Assembly (NCBI GenBank): GCA_963804165.1
Contig: CAWDPO010000020.1
Coordinates: forward strand, 1 to 64,000
Length of the DNA stretch: 64,000 nucleotides
Origin: an uncultured delta proteobacterium
GTDB taxonomy: Bacteria; Desulfobacterota; Binatia; UBA9968
Direction of reading: 5' to 3'
Below, piece by piece: positions 25,036 through 36,341 of this stretch. A program made the position numbers and the translations under genes. Every line of letters begins with the position of its first letter. Position 1 is the stretch's first letter. A model generated the notes under the pieces. It was given only the letters and a program-made list of their open reading frames with translations. It made no database searches and was not told the DNA's origin.

Positions 25036-26949
25036 ATGGATAGTATTCACGTCACATTATCTGACGGAAAATCCGTCGACGTTCGTCCTGGCATACGCAT
25101 CGACGAACTCGCGACTGAGGCGGGGAGCAAAAAGGACCTCGTCGCGGCCAAAGTCGATGGTCGGCTGGTCGACCTAAGCCGAACTTTGGACAAAGACTCG
25201 ACGGTGGAATGGGTGTCCGTGGAAAGCCCGGAGGGGCTCGACACTCTGCGCCACTCGACGGCGCATTTAATGGCTCAGGCGGTTCAGAGTCTTTTCCCCG
25301 GCACGCAGGTCACGATCGGCCCAACGATTGAAAACGGTTTCTACTACGACTTCAAACGGGATGCGCCTTTCTCTCCGGAAGAGCTGCAATTGATTGAGAA
25401 GAAGATGCAGGAATTGGTCAAAGCCAATTTGCCGATCGTGCGCGAAGAAATAGCGCGCAGCGAAGCCATCGAGCTTTTTCGCAAAATGGGCGAGCACTAC
25501 AAGGTCGAGATCATCGAAGGAATCGCGGATGACAAAGTGTCGCTTTACCGCCAGGGCGATTGGGTCGATCTTTGCCGCGGCCCGCACGTGCCGAGCACTT
25601 CTGCGATCAAGGCGTTTAAACTGACGAGTATTGCCGGTGCCTATTGGCGCGGCGACTCGCGCAATGAGCAGCTGCAACGAATCTACGGGACGGCATGGGC
25701 TAATCGAAAGGACCTGGATGCCTACCTCAAGCGCATTGAAGAAGCGAAACAGCGCGATCATCGGCGTCTCGGTCCGGCTTTAGATCTGTTCTCGCTTCAT
25801 CCGATCGCGCCGGGATCACCGTTTTTTCATCCCAAAGGCACGATTATCTACAACCGGCTGATCCAATATATCCGCACGCTCTATGAGCGCTACGGTTACA
25901 CTGAGGTGGTGACGCCGCTGATTTACAAAACCGATTTGTGGAAAACGTCGGGGCACTACGAAGCGTTCCGAGATGACATGTTCTTAATGGATGTGCACGA
26001 CGGTGAATACGGTGTCAAACCGATGAATTGTCCGGGGCATTGTTATCTTTTCGCCTCGCGCAAGTATTCCTATCGCGATCTGCCGATTCGCTATGCCGAC
26101 TTCAGCCGCCTGCACCGCTTCGAGCCATCCGGCGTGCTGTCCGGATTGACGCGCCTACGCTCGTTTGCCCAAGACGACGCGCATGTTTACTGTACGCCCG
26201 AGCAGCTCGACTTCGAGCTGGCGCAATTCGTCGCGATGACTCAGGAGGTCTACAAAGTGTTCGGCTTCGATCGTATCGAAGTCACTCTGCAAACCAGGCC
26301 GGAAAAGTTTCTCGGCCGGATCGAGTTGTGGGACGCTGCCGAGGCGGCGCTGCGCCGCTGTCTTGAACAGTCAGGATTTTCCGTGAAACTTCTTCCAGGC
26401 GAGGGGGCGTTTTACGGACCGAAGATCGGCTTCGATTTTCGTGACGTGCTCGAACGCTCGTGGACGCTGGCGACCGTGCAGATCGACTGTGCGATGCCCG
26501 AGCGCTTTGAGCTCAAATACGTAACCCCAGAAGGCACCGAGGCGACTCCGGTCATGCTACACCGGGCGGTTTTAGGTTCCATTGAGCGCTTCATCGCCAT
26601 CCTGCTGGAGCATTGCGCCGGCGCATTTCCGCTCTGGCTGGCGCCCGTGCAACTCAAGATCCTGACCGTTACCGATGACCAACTGGAATATGCTAGAAAA
26701 GTCTTCGAACGGCTGCGTGGCGAAGGATGGCGGGCGGAGTTGGACGGCCGAAACGAAAAGCTCGGCTACAAGATTCGCGAAGCGCAGCTGGCAAAAATCC
26801 CCTACGCCATCGTGATCGGAGACAAGGAAGTCCAGGCGGGTACCGTGGCGCCGCGGCGCCGCGGCGGGGAAAACCTGGCGCCGGCGCCGCTCGCCGATTT
26901 TATTCAGCGGTTGCGCGCCGAGGTTGCGCAAGAAATGGGAGAAGCATAA
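25036..26949 (+). CDS. thrS: Threonine--tRNA ligase
   Basis: TGS domain, RHSTAH, DLCRGPH, KPMNCP, GAFYGPK; start moved to ATG 25036 after the tRNA. Confidence 0.97.
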   Translation: MDSIHVTLSDGKSVDVRPGIRIDELATEAGSKKDLVAAKVDGRLVDLSRTLDKDSTVEWVSVESPEGLDTLRHSTAHLMAQAVQSLFPGTQVTIGPTIENGFYYDFKRDAPFSPEELQLIEKKMQELVKANLPIVREEIARSEAIELFRKMGEHYKVEIIEGIADDKVSLYRQGDWVDLCRGPHVPSTSAIKAFKLTSIAGAYWRGDSRNEQLQRIYGTAWANRKDLDAYLKRIEEAKQRDHRRLGPALDLFSLHPIAPGSPFFHPKGTIIYNRLIQYIRTLYERYGYTEVVTPLIYKTDLWKTSGHYEAFRDDMFLMDVHDGEYGVKPMNCPGHCYLFASRKYSYRDLPIRYADFSRLHRFEPSGVLSGLTRLRSFAQDDAHVYCTPEQLDFELAQFVAMTQEVYKVFGFDRIEVTLQTRPEKFLGRIELWDAAEAALRRCLEQSGFSVKLLPGEGAFYGPKIGFDFRDVLERSWTLATVQIDCAMPERFELKYVTPEGTEATPVMLHRAVLGSIERFIAILLEHCAGAFPLWLAPVQLKILTVTDDQLEYARKVFERLRGEGWRAELDGRNEKLGYKIREAQLAKIPYAIVIGDKEVQAGTVAPRRRGGENLAPAPLADFIQRLRAEVAQEMGEA

Positions 26950-26984
26950 ATATATGGAGATCAAACTGGACACGGAGGTGGCCT

Positions 26985-27488
26985 ATCGCCAGAGAAGCGA
27001 GGATTAATCATCAAATTCGCGCGCGCGAAGTACGAGTGATCGGACCGAAGGGCGAACAGCTCGGGGTGTTGCCGTTGCATGAAGCGCTCAAACAAGTGGA
27101 AGCCCAGGAGCTGGATTTAGTCGAAGTAGCTCCGGACGCGCAACCGCCGGTTTGCCGGATGATGGATTACGGCAAATTTCGCTACGAGCAAAAAAAGAAA
27201 GCCCACGGGCCGAAAAAACATTCGGTGGTCGAGATCAAGGAAGTCAAGATGGGTTCTCGAACCGATGCTCACGACGTCGTGCACAAGGTCCGGAATATTC
27301 GTCAATTCATCGAGAAGGGGCAAAGGGTGAAAGTCTCGGTTTTCTTCCGCGGGCGAGAAATCACCCATCCCGAGCTAGGCCGCCAGATGCTTCGAGGGGT
27401 GGTCGTTCAGGTCCAAGATATCGCCAAACTCGATATTGAACCTCGTCTCGAGGGACGAAGCATGGCGATGTTGTTGACGCCCAAGTAG
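26985..27488 (+). CDS. infC: Translation initiation factor IF-3 with a non-canonical ATC start
   Basis: GGAGGT SD at 26974-26979, then ATC GCC AGA...RINHQIRAREVRVI, PPVCRMMDYGK, FRGRE. Confidence 0.93.
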   Translation: MAREARINHQIRAREVRVIGPKGEQLGVLPLHEALKQVEAQELDLVEVAPDAQPPVCRMMDYGKFRYEQKKKAHGPKKHSVVEIKEVKMGSRTDAHDVVHKVRNIRQFIEKGQRVKVSVFFRGREITHPELGRQMLRGVVVQVQDIAKLDIEPRLEGRSMAMLLTPK

Positions 27489-27533
27489 CGTCAGGCAACG
27501 ATTTTGCGAAAGATCAACCTCAAGGAGTGCACA

Positions 27534-27731
27534 GTGCCAAAAATCAGAACCAACAAATCCGCAGCCAAACGGTTTCGTGTCACGGGAAGCGGAAAGATCA
27601 AACGCAACAAGGGATATAAACGTCATATTCTCTCGAGCAAGAACAAAAAACGCAAAAGACATTTGCGCCAGGCGACTACGGTCGCCGCGGTGGAAGCAAA
27701 GAACATTCGCAAACTTATACCTTATAAGTAA
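27534..27731 (+). CDS. rpmI: 50S ribosomal protein L35
   Basis: GTG start after AAGGAG; [20 protein letters not shown]. Confidence 0.96.
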   Translation: MPKIRTNKSAAKRFRVTGSGKIKRNKGYKRHILSSKNKKRKRHLRQATTVAAVEAKNIRKLIPYK

Positions 27732-27819
27732 GCAAGACTGAGGACTGAATCACGAGAGCTGAGTACGGAGGCGTGTTCTATCCTATCAGTCAGCGCTAAC
27801 TCAGGAAGGAGTTTTTCCA

Positions 27820-28179
27820 GTGCCCAGAGCTAAAGGTGGAAGCAAATCGCGGCAGAGACGCAAGAAGATCATGAAGCTTGCCAAAGGCTACGTCGGTGGC
27901 CGAGGACGCTTATATCGGTCGGCGCGGGAGACGGTGGAGCGAGCGTTGACGTTTGCTTACCGGGACCGGCGGATCAAGAAAAGAACGTTCCGCGGTCTAT
28001 GGATCACCCGCATCGGCGCGGCGGCGAAAATCAACGGTCTCTCCTACAGCCAATTGATCAAGGGGCTCAAGCAAGCCGGTGTGGAGCTGGACCGTAAGAT
28101 CCTGGCCGAGATTGCGGTGGCAGATATGTCGGCTTTCGGCCAGATCGCCCAGACCGCGAAATCCCACTTGGGCGCTTAA
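27820..28179 (+). CDS. rplT: 50S ribosomal protein L20
   Basis: MPRAK...AYRDRR...FRGLWITRI...LDRKILA. Confidence 0.97.
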   Translation: MPRAKGGSKSRQRRKKIMKLAKGYVGGRGRLYRSARETVERALTFAYRDRRIKKRTFRGLWITRIGAAAKINGLSYSQLIKGLKQAGVELDRKILAEIAVADMSAFGQIAQTAKSHLGA

Positions 28180-28200
28180 GCGATCGAGTATTGCAGTCGA

Positions 28201-29241
28201 ATGAACGATTCCGTGGAAACCCTCCAGGGAGAGGTTCTCGCTCGCATTCGGCAAGCCAAGTCGGAGAAAGAGCTGGAACAGATCCGGGTCGAGGTTTTAG
28301 GCCGCAGTGGCAGCGTTACGCTGCGGCTCCGCGGGCTCAAAGATTTGCCGGGAGAAGAGCGACGGCGCGCCGGAGAGCAGCTCAATCAGTTGCGCCGCGC
28401 TCTCGAACAGCGTTTGAACGAACAGCTTGGCGCGGTCAAGCAGCAGGCTAAATCGCAGGCGCTAAAAGAAGAGCGCGTCGACATCACTCTCCCCGGAACG
28501 CGTCGGGCGAGGGGAAGCGCTCATCCGATCACACTCGTTACCGACGAGATCATCGATATCTTCTGGGGCATGGGCTTTGAGATCGCCCGCGGCCCCGATA
28601 TCGAGGATGACTATCATAATTTCGAAGCGCTTAACTTTCCCAAAGATCATCCGGCGCGGGATATGCAGGATACGATCTTTGTGTCGAATAACCGGTTGTT
28701 GCGAACCCACACGTCGCCGGTGCAGATCCGCACCATGGAAGACCGCAAGCCACCGCTTCAAGTGATCGTGCCCGGGGCAGTCTACCGTCACGATGACGAT
28801 GCGACGCATTCACCGATGTTCCATCAGGTGGAAGGATTCATGGTCGACCTGGCCATCGCCTTCTCCGATCTTAAGGGCGTGTTGACGCATTTCTTGCGGC
28901 AAATTTTCGATCGCGACGCGGGTGTTAGGTTTCGGCCGAGCTTTTTTCCTTTTACCGAACCAAGCGCAGAAATCGATATTCAATGTGTGATCTGCGGCGG
29001 GAGTGGAACGCTGCGGGATGGGCAGTCATGCCGCGTTTGCAAGACTTCGGGCTGGTTGGAAATTCTCGGCGCCGGTATGATTGATCCCGCGGTTTTTGAG
29101 TTCGTCGGCTATGATCCGGAAAAGGTCTCGGGCTTCGCATTCGGGATGGGTGTCGAGCGGATCGCCATGCTCAAATACGGGATCGACGACATTCGCCTGT
29201 TTTTTCAAAATGACCTGAGGTTCTTACGGCAATTCGCTTGA
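28201..29241 (+). CDS. pheS: Phenylalanine--tRNA ligase alpha subunit
   Basis: HPARDMQDT, LRTHTS, FPFTEPS, GFAFGMGVER. Confidence 0.97.
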   Translation: MNDSVETLQGEVLARIRQAKSEKELEQIRVEVLGRSGSVTLRLRGLKDLPGEERRRAGEQLNQLRRALEQRLNEQLGAVKQQAKSQALKEERVDITLPGTRRARGSAHPITLVTDEIIDIFWGMGFEIARGPDIEDDYHNFEALNFPKDHPARDMQDTIFVSNNRLLRTHTSPVQIRTMEDRKPPLQVIVPGAVYRHDDDATHSPMFHQVEGFMVDLAIAFSDLKGVLTHFLRQIFDRDAGVRFRPSFFPFTEPSAEIDIQCVICGGSGTLRDGQSCRVCKTSGWLEILGAGMIDPAVFEFVGYDPEKVSGFAFGMGVERIAMLKYGIDDIRLFFQNDLRFLRQFA

Positions 29242-29252
29242 GTGTGCGAAAA

Positions 29253-29302
29253 ATGGAGTATTGGATACCAAGATCATCAGTCCGATAGTTCCAACATTCC
29301 AT
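29253..29302. repeat. Short-period imperfect inverted repeat between pheS and pheT
   Basis: ATGGAGTATTGGA ... TCCAACATTCCAT. Confidence 0.5.
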
Positions 29303-29311
29303 CTCAATTCT

Positions 29312-31396
29312 ATGAAGGTGACTTTCAACTGGCTTAAAGAATTTGTCGATTTCACGGGCGCACCTGATGATCTCGCCAGGTTGCTCACCATGGCGGGCCT
29401 CGAGGTGGAGTCGCAAGCTGCGCTGCGCGAGCCGGAATCCAATCGCGATGATTGGGTGCTCGAAATCGCTGTGACGCCGAACCGCGGCGACTGCTTGGGG
29501 ATCATCGGGATCGCGCGGGAAGTCGCCGCTTTGACCGGAGCAAAGCTCAAAGACGTGCCGTCGAGTGCAACTAGGAAGGATTCCAGCATCAACAAACGCA
29601 TCGCTCTAAAGATTGACGACGCCGGACTCTGCACGCGCTATTCGGCGCGCATCGTGGACGAACTCAAAGTCGCGGCGTCGCCGTCTTGGCTGTGCTGCCG
29701 ATTGGAAGCTTGCGGCATCCGCGCCATTAATAGCGTCGTCGACGCGACCAACTACGTTATGCTCGAAACCGGCCAGCCGCTGCACGCCTTCGACCTAGAC
29801 CGGTTGCCGACGAAAAGGATCATTGTCCGCGCGGCCAAAACGATTAAAAAATTTATCACGCTCGACGGCGTTGAGCGTGAATTGATGCCCGAAGATTTAC
29901 TTATTTGCGATGGCGATATGCCCATCGCTCTTGCCGGCGTCATGGGGGGGATGGATTCCGAGGTGCGCGACACGACGCGCTCGATTCTGCTCGAAAGCGC
30001 GAACTTCGCGCCGTCCAGTATTCGGCGTACGGCTAAGCGCCTGGTGTTGCACAGCGAGGCATCGCACCGTTTCGAGCGCGGTGTCGATCCCGATGCAACG
30101 ATCCGGGCGTTGGACCGGGCCGTATGGTTGATTAAGGAGATTGCCGGAGGGAGTGTATTGGCGGGCGCAGCCGATTGTTATCCCGTCAAGGCTAAACCCA
30201 TGACGCTTCGACTGCGCGAGGAGCGCGTTGAAAGACTCCTCGGCGTTCGCTTCGAACTCAAGCAAGCTGAGAAATTGTTTGCAGCCCTTGGATTGAAGTC
30301 CGAGCGACAGGGGAGAGCGCCAAGCCTGCGAGTCCGTGTGCCGACAAACCGTGCCGACCTTACGCGCGAAGCTGATTTGATCGAAGAGTTGGCGCGTCTT
30401 CGCGGCTACGATAAGATTCCGACCACGTTGCCGCTAACGAGAATCGCAGGGAGTAGTATCGATCCCCGTTTGGCTTGGGAAAGAAAACTGCGCGCCCTTT
30501 TGAGCGGAGAAGGCTTGAGCGAGGTCATCAATCTGCCGTTCACGTCAGAAAAATTGAATCGAAATCTCACCGGTCCGTGGCAGCCCGCGGCTTCGGCGGT
30601 GGTGGTGCTAAATCCCCTGGCGAAAGAAAACGCGGAGATGCGCCACAGTCTGATTCCCGGACTGATCGATAATTTGCGACTCAATCTTACTCACAAGCTG
30701 AAAAGCTTTCATGGGTATCAACTGGGGAAGGTATTTGGTTCGACGGCGGCCGGCGAAATAGATGAGCGGCAGTGCATCGCCGGGCTCTTGTACGGACCGC
30801 GACAGGTTCATGGTTTGCGTCTGGGCGAAGAGGTTTCGGTGGGATTTCTCCAATGCAAAGGGGTGATCGAAGCCATTCTGGAGCTTTTCCGTCTTGCCGA
30901 AAAGGCGTCTTGGTCCCGTGACGACTTGAGGTTTTTGCATCCAGGGAAATCGGCGGCGTTGCGGTGCGATCAATCTGCGTTGGGTTATATGGGTGAGCTG
31001 CATCCCGATTTATCCGATGAACTTGACATTCCCGCATCCTGGGTGTTTGAACTTGACTTAGATAAACTGCTTGAGTATGCTCCGCGCCGAATAGTGATGC
31101 AGACGCTTCCGCGTTTTCCGGCCGTCGAGCGGGACTTAGCCATAGTGGTCGATCGTGATTTTACCTCCCAACAAGTCATCAGTTGGATAAAGGACCTTGG
31201 CGAGTCTTTGATCGAGCACGTTGAAGTCTTCGATCAGTATCTCGGGGCGCCGATTCCAGAGGGTAAGAAGAGTTTGGCTTATAGAGTATCCTATCGCGCT
31301 GAAGATAAGACCCTGACCGACGCGGAGATCAATGGGCTTCACCAGAGACTAGTGAAACGGCTTCAGGATACATTCGGTGTGGAGCAACGCGGCTGA
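29312..31396 (+). CDS. pheT: Phenylalanine--tRNA ligase beta subunit (short form lacking the B2 OB domain)
   Basis: WLKEF, TPNRGDCL, GQPLHAFD, RFERG, DLIEE, FPAVERD, TLTD. Confidence 0.95.
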   Translation: MKVTFNWLKEFVDFTGAPDDLARLLTMAGLEVESQAALREPESNRDDWVLEIAVTPNRGDCLGIIGIAREVAALTGAKLKDVPSSATRKDSSINKRIALKIDDAGLCTRYSARIVDELKVAASPSWLCCRLEACGIRAINSVVDATNYVMLETGQPLHAFDLDRLPTKRIIVRAAKTIKKFITLDGVERELMPEDLLICDGDMPIALAGVMGGMDSEVRDTTRSILLESANFAPSSIRRTAKRLVLHSEASHRFERGVDPDATIRALDRAVWLIKEIAGGSVLAGAADCYPVKAKPMTLRLREERVERLLGVRFELKQAEKLFAALGLKSERQGRAPSLRVRVPTNRADLTREADLIEELARLRGYDKIPTTLPLTRIAGSSIDPRLAWERKLRALLSGEGLSEVINLPFTSEKLNRNLTGPWQPAASAVVVLNPLAKENAEMRHSLIPGLIDNLRLNLTHKLKSFHGYQLGKVFGSTAAGEIDERQCIAGLLYGPRQVHGLRLGEEVSVGFLQCKGVIEAILELFRLAEKASWSRDDLRFLHPGKSAALRCDQSALGYMGELHPDLSDELDIPASWVFELDLDKLLEYAPRRIVMQTLPRFPAVERDLAIVVDRDFTSQQVISWIKDLGESLIEHVEVFDQYLGAPIPEGKKSLAYRVSYRAEDKTLTDAEINGLHQRLVKRLQDTFGVEQRG

Positions 31397-31433
31397 TGTG
31401 CCATGACTGACTGTGCCACGGGAGAGGTGTAAT

Positions 31434-31757
31434 ATGACGAAAGCTGAAATTATCACCCGAATTTACGAAAAGGTTGGGTTTGCAAAAAAAGACGCCACAG
31501 ATGTTGTCGAGGCGACATTCGACATCATTAAAGGCTGCTTGGAGCGAGGCGAAAAAGTAAAAATTTCCGGTTTTGGAAATTTTGTCGTCAATACCAAACG
31601 CCCCCGGAAGGGACGCAACCCGCAAACCGGCGATGAGATCATCATCGTTGGCCGCAAGGTGCTGACGTTTAAAGCGAGCCAGATCATGAAAAAAAGCCTG
31701 AATGGTATTTCTTCGCCTTCGCCCGAGTCGGCGCCAAGCTCGTCCGCGTCGGAATAG
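31434..31757 (+). CDS. ihfA: Integration host factor alpha subunit
   Basis: MTKAEI, VKISGFGNF, GRNPQTG; position after pheT. Confidence 0.92.
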   Translation: MTKAEIITRIYEKVGFAKKDATDVVEATFDIIKGCLERGEKVKISGFGNFVVNTKRPRKGRNPQTGDEIIIVGRKVLTFKASQIMKKSLNGISSPSPESAPSSSASE

Positions 31758-31765
31758 GTCCGGCT

Positions 31766-32119
31766 ATGTCTCCGCGTTTGCCGGAAAAGATCTATTTTAA
31801 GATCGGTGAAGTCAGCGAAATCGTCGGTGTCGAGCCCTACGTTTTGCGTTATTGGGAAACCGAGTTCGACCTGCTGAAACCCTCCAAGGCGCCGTCAAAA
31901 CATCGGTTATATAAAAAACGCGACGTCGAGTTGCTGCTCGATATCAAGCGACTTCTTTACACCGATGGATTCACGATCGAAGGAGCGCGGAAAAAATTAA
32001 AAGAAGCCCGGAAAGAAGAAAAAGACCAACTTAAGCTGCCCCTCTCCGAGCAGAAATACCGAAGCGCTCTCGTGAAGCTAAAAAAAGACTTGGAATCAAT
32101 GCGTCGATTGTTGTCCTAG
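31766..32119 (+). CDS. MerR-family HTH regulator (ihfA-linked)
   Basis: YFKIGEVSEIVGVEPYVLRYWETEF. Confidence 0.9.
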   Translation: MSPRLPEKIYFKIGEVSEIVGVEPYVLRYWETEFDLLKPSKAPSKHRLYKKRDVELLLDIKRLLYTDGFTIEGARKKLKEARKEEKDQLKLPLSEQKYRSALVKLKKDLESMRRLLS

Positions 32120-32241
32120 GCGCGGTCGGCGCAGGCGCGACGGATGCCTATTTGCCGAGCTGACTCACCCCCAATCGAGCGGCCGTGAAATTGATTTGAC
32201 GCGCGGGGAATGCTAAATTTCGCCTACTTCCAAACCAACAT

Positions 32242-32318
32242 CGGGGCGTAGCGCAGCCTGGTAGCGCACACGCTTGGGGTGCGTGTGGTCACCGGTTCAA
32301 ATCCGGTCGCCCCGACCA
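32242..32318 (+). tRNA. tRNA-Pro(GGG)
   Basis: CGGGGCG/CGCCCCG acceptor, CACGC-TTGGGGT-GCGTG anticodon arm, GGTTCAAATCC, CCA. Confidence 0.97.
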
Positions 32319-32579
32319 TTCATTGATCGAGTATGACCACTCAGCAACGTGAATCCAGCGAGTTTCAACTTCGCGGGGAATAGCCAGACGATCGTTCGTA
32401 GCCGAGCGGCGGCGCCTTGCGTCGTTGTAACAAAAAAATCATTCGTGGACTTGTTCGCTGACTCACTGCGCGATGCCGATGCGGCGGGACATTGAAGCAT
32501 TCACTGGGTTGCCCGACTTTGCGAGCATGGGCGGCGACTTCAAGAAAGTCTCTATCGGACGAATGCCCGTTCTCGGCGA

Positions 32580-34658
32580 CTACTGATCAGGCATCGGGTC
32601 GTCATCGGGAATCTGTTTCACTTCTTCAAGCCAGACGGTTGCTTCGCTATCGCTTGGTGCGCGGTAATCGCCACGTGGCGATAACGAGCCACCGGACCCA
32701 ACTTTAGGAGCGTTAGGAATGCAGCTCCGTTTATACTGACTCATCTGAAAAAACCGCCACACGAAGACGGACAGCCAGCGCTTGATGTCGGTGATGGTGT
32801 ATTGATTACGTCTCCCTTCGGCAATATCGGGCCATTCGCCTAGCGTCCGATCCCGCCAAGCGCAATAGGCGAGGAAGGCGATCTTTGAGGGCAAGTAGCC
32901 GAAGCGCGCTGTGTAATAGAGATTGAAGTCTTGCAGCTCATAGGGACCGATCACATCCTCGGTTCTCTGAGCCGGTTGCTCGCCGTTGGGGTCGCTGGGG
33001 ATCAGTTCCGGGCTAAACTCAGTTTCGAGGATGGAACGGAGGATCACGCTGGTTTGTTTGCCCAGTTGGTTTGTTTCAGCCACCCAGCGGATGAGAAACT
33101 GAATGAGCGTTTTTGGCACGCTCGCGTTGACACTATAGTGGGACATGTGATCGCCCACGCCGTAGGTGCACCAGCCAAGCGCAAGTTCACTGAGATCGCT
33201 GGTTCCCAACACCAAAGCTTGATGGAGGTTGGCAAGCCGGAACAGGTGGCTGGTTCGTTCTCCCGCCTGGACATTTTCAAAGGTCACGTCATACACCGGG
33301 TCGCCGTTGGCATAGGGGTGATTGATGTCGCGGAGCATCTGCTCGCAGCTCGGGCGGATGTCCACTTCATGGGCGACACAGCCAATCGCTTCCATGAGCG
33401 CCTTGGCGTTTGTCAGAGTGCGTTGAGTGGTGGCGAAACCAGGCATCGTAAAGGTGAGCAGGTTGGACCGCGGCAGTCCCAGTAGATCCAACGCGCGGGC
33501 AGCGACGATGAGCGCGTGGGTCGAATCGAGGCCGCCGGAGACACCGATCACGATCTTTGATAGGCGGGAACTCTGAAGTCGTTTCACCAGTCCTTGCACC
33601 TGAATGTTGTAGGCTTCGTAGCAGCGGCGGTCGCGTAACACCGGATCCGAAGGCACGTAGGGAAATCTTTCGATTTTGCGCCGGCACAACAAGCGGCCCG
33701 TTCTTGGTAACTCGATGTCGAAACCGATTTTGCGAAATTGGCGCGGCACTTCGCGATAGTACTGGATGCTCTGACCGAAGCTGTTCTGCCGCATACGTTC
33801 CTGCGCAAGTCGTTCAAGGTCAAGTTCCGCTACGATGAGTTGGGAGTGGTAGCAGAATCTCTCGGACTCAGCGATCAGCGTGCCGTTTTCGTAAACCATG
33901 GCATGCCCGTCCCAGGCGAGATCGGTAGTTGATTCTCCGGGTCCGGCGGCGACGTAGAGATAAGAGGCAAGACAGCGAGCGGACTGATTCGCGACCAGCG
34001 CGTGGCGATATTCGTCCTTGCCGATGGTGATATTGGAGGCGGAAAGATTCAAAATCACTGTGGCGCCCGCCAGGGCGGCACTGGATGAGGGTGGAATAGG
34101 GACCCAGAGATCCTCGCAGATCTCCACAAAAAACGTCAACTGCGGCTGCGATTGGCACTGAAATAGGAGACGTTCGCCGAAAGGAATTTGCCGCTGATCC
34201 AGGACGTCGATGGCGCTGCTTAGCCCCGCCGATGCTGCGGCGAATTGGCGATACTCGTAGAACTCCCGATAATTGGGCAAGAATGTTTTAGGAACGATCC
34301 CCAATATCTTACCGTGAGACAGAACGATGGCGCAGTTGAATAGTAAATTGTCAACCTGCAGCGGCATGCCGACTACGGCGACTAAGTTCAAAATTTCGGA
34401 AGCTTTTAATACACGGCTCAGCGCTTCCAACGCGCCTTCCAGCAAGGCCTGCTGGTGAAATAAATCCTCGCATGAATACGCGGTCAGCCCCAATTCCGGA
34501 AAGAGCATGATAGCCGCCTTGTCGCGCTCAGCTCTTTCCATCAATTCGATAGTTCGGGCTTGGTTGAATGCTGGGTCCGCCACGCGCACTTCGGGTATTC
34601 CGACAGCAGTGCGAACAAAACCGTGACTATAAAGGTTGAAAAACTCGCCGTTCCTCAT
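32580..34658 (-). CDS. nadE: Glutamine-dependent NAD+ synthetase
   Basis: Nitrilase domain (FPEL, PKT, EICEDLW) plus [22 protein letters not shown]; start codon uncertain (34658 or 34709). Confidence 0.95.
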   Translation of the reverse strand: MRNGEFFNLYSHGFVRTAVGIPEVRVADPAFNQARTIELMERAERDKAAIMLFPELGLTAYSCEDLFHQQALLEGALEALSRVLKASEILNLVAVVGMPLQVDNLLFNCAIVLSHGKILGIVPKTFLPNYREFYEYRQFAAASAGLSSAIDVLDQRQIPFGERLLFQCQSQPQLTFFVEICEDLWVPIPPSSSAALAGATVILNLSASNITIGKDEYRHALVANQSARCLASYLYVAAGPGESTTDLAWDGHAMVYENGTLIAESERFCYHSQLIVAELDLERLAQERMRQNSFGQSIQYYREVPRQFRKIGFDIELPRTGRLLCRRKIERFPYVPSDPVLRDRRCYEAYNIQVQGLVKRLQSSRLSKIVIGVSGGLDSTHALIVAARALDLLGLPRSNLLTFTMPGFATTQRTLTNAKALMEAIGCVAHEVDIRPSCEQMLRDINHPYANGDPVYDVTFENVQAGERTSHLFRLANLHQALVLGTSDLSELALGWCTYGVGDHMSHYSVNASVPKTLIQFLIRWVAETNQLGKQTSVILRSILETEFSPELIPSDPNGEQPAQRTEDVIGPYELQDFNLYYTARFGYLPSKIAFLAYCAWRDRTLGEWPDIAEGRRNQYTITDIKRWLSVFVWRFFQMSQYKRSCIPNAPKVGSGGSLSPRGDYRAPSDSEATVWLEEVKQIPDDDPMPDQ

Positions 34659-34984
34659 GGCTTCACGAACCGATGGATGGACTATGTTTGATTTTTTCGC
34701 GGCGCGCAACGCCTCTGTGCGGTTGAGCCGATCGCACGCCGTGACAGACCATTTGTGGTTGTTTCACTCGTTGAACTTCGCGGCGCGATACCGCCTTCAA
34801 GCGGAAGCAATGCGACATCAGTGGCAGCGACCTGGTTGCTTCCTAGGGAGGTTCCAGACTTGACGACCGCGACGGGCGTGATGCAACTCCTCCAGCGGAA
34901 ACGGATCGGCGTCGACTCACGAATCGTGCAACGCTGCCAGGCTTCGTTCGATGAATTCCCGAAGTTGCCGGCGAGGTATCTGCT

Positions 34985-36341
34985 TTACCCGATGAAGGCG
35001 TACTTCGTATGACTTAGTTGGTCATAGAGCGGGTCGGTTTCGACGTTGCTGATAATCACGGCTTCCCCGGTCGCGCCTACCGTGCCGGTGATTCCTAGAC
35101 CTTTCTTGAAGTCCCGGAAAATGGTCGAAAAATCGGCATGCGTCTGGTAACTCGCGCGGGCGTGCAGCATTTCTCGCCGCTCGTCAAAGAGACAAACTCT
35201 CATCGCGTCGAAGCCAAATATCTCGGTGATTTTTCGCACGACCTCTTGGAGGATACTTTCCATTTCCAACGACTGGCTGGCAGTTGCCGTTACGTCGAAT
35301 AGCGCCGAGAGTTCCTTGGATTGCTTTTCCACCTCGGCATACAGACGGGCGTTGTGAATCGCGATGGCGATTTGATTCGACATCGAATTGATCAATTGAG
35401 TCTCGTGGGAGGTAAGCTCGCGGGCGTCTCTGCCCATACACATAATCACGCCCAAGGTCGTGTCTTTGTGTTTGATCGGGAAGCCTGCGAGGAATTTACG
35501 TTCTGTGGAGCGGGCGTGGTTCGAGGAGCTGAGCTCGGCATACCGGGGATCAGTATCGACGTTGCTGATAATCATGGCTTCCCCGCTCTCTCCCACTGTA
35601 CCGACGATTCCTTGCCCCCTCTTGAAGCTCGGTGAGGCGAGCGAGATGTCCGCGCGCGTCAAATAGGACGCCTTAGCCTGCAGTGTCTCCCTCCGGTCGT
35701 CGAAGAGAAAAACTCTTGTGGCATCGAATCCGAAGATCTCGGTAATTTTTCGTATGACTTCTTGGAGGATGCTTTCCATCTCCAGCGACTGGCTCGCGGC
35801 CGAGGTCACGTCAAACAGCGCGGAGAGTTCCTGGGATTTTTTGCTAAGCTCGGCATAGAGCCTGGCGTTTTGAATGGCGATCGCGGCGTGCGCGGCAAGA
35901 GACGCAAGGTGATTTACGTCCTGGTCTCTGAATTCGTGCGCCGTCGTCGTCATGATATCCAGGACGCCTACCGGCTGCTCCGCCACTCTCAGCGGGATAC
36001 CGAGATAGGACACCAATCCATGCGCGCGGTTAAATTCCCTGTGGCGCACCCTCGGATCGTCTTCCAGACGAGGAATCTGGACAGGGATAGGACTGTTCAA
36101 GACCGCTTGTGCAATACCACTTCGTCGGTCCGACAAATGCACTTCGTGCGCGCGCCTCCAGGCTTCCGTGTCGATGTTTCGACAGGACGTCGAAGGCACC
36201 CGTGTTTGGGTTGAGCAACTGAACGGCCATCACCGCGGTGACCGGTACGATCGTTTCGATCCGATCCAGCAAGACCTTCATCACGTCATCCATGCTTAGC
36301 GTCGAAACCATGGCTTGTTCGAACTGGCGCATCGCGCGCAT
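34985..36341 (-). pseudogene. Multi-GAF sensor protein fragment (frameshift near 36190, no output domain)
   Basis: Three GAF units; near-identical repeats AIxNARLYAE...SxELSALFDVTxxASQSLEMESILQEVxRKITEIFGFDA; ends abruptly within the third GAF. Confidence 0.75.

Noticed and set aside
26727-26984. Long N-terminal extension of IF-3
   Set aside because: It overlaps thrS; the SD plus ATC at 26985 is the plausible start.
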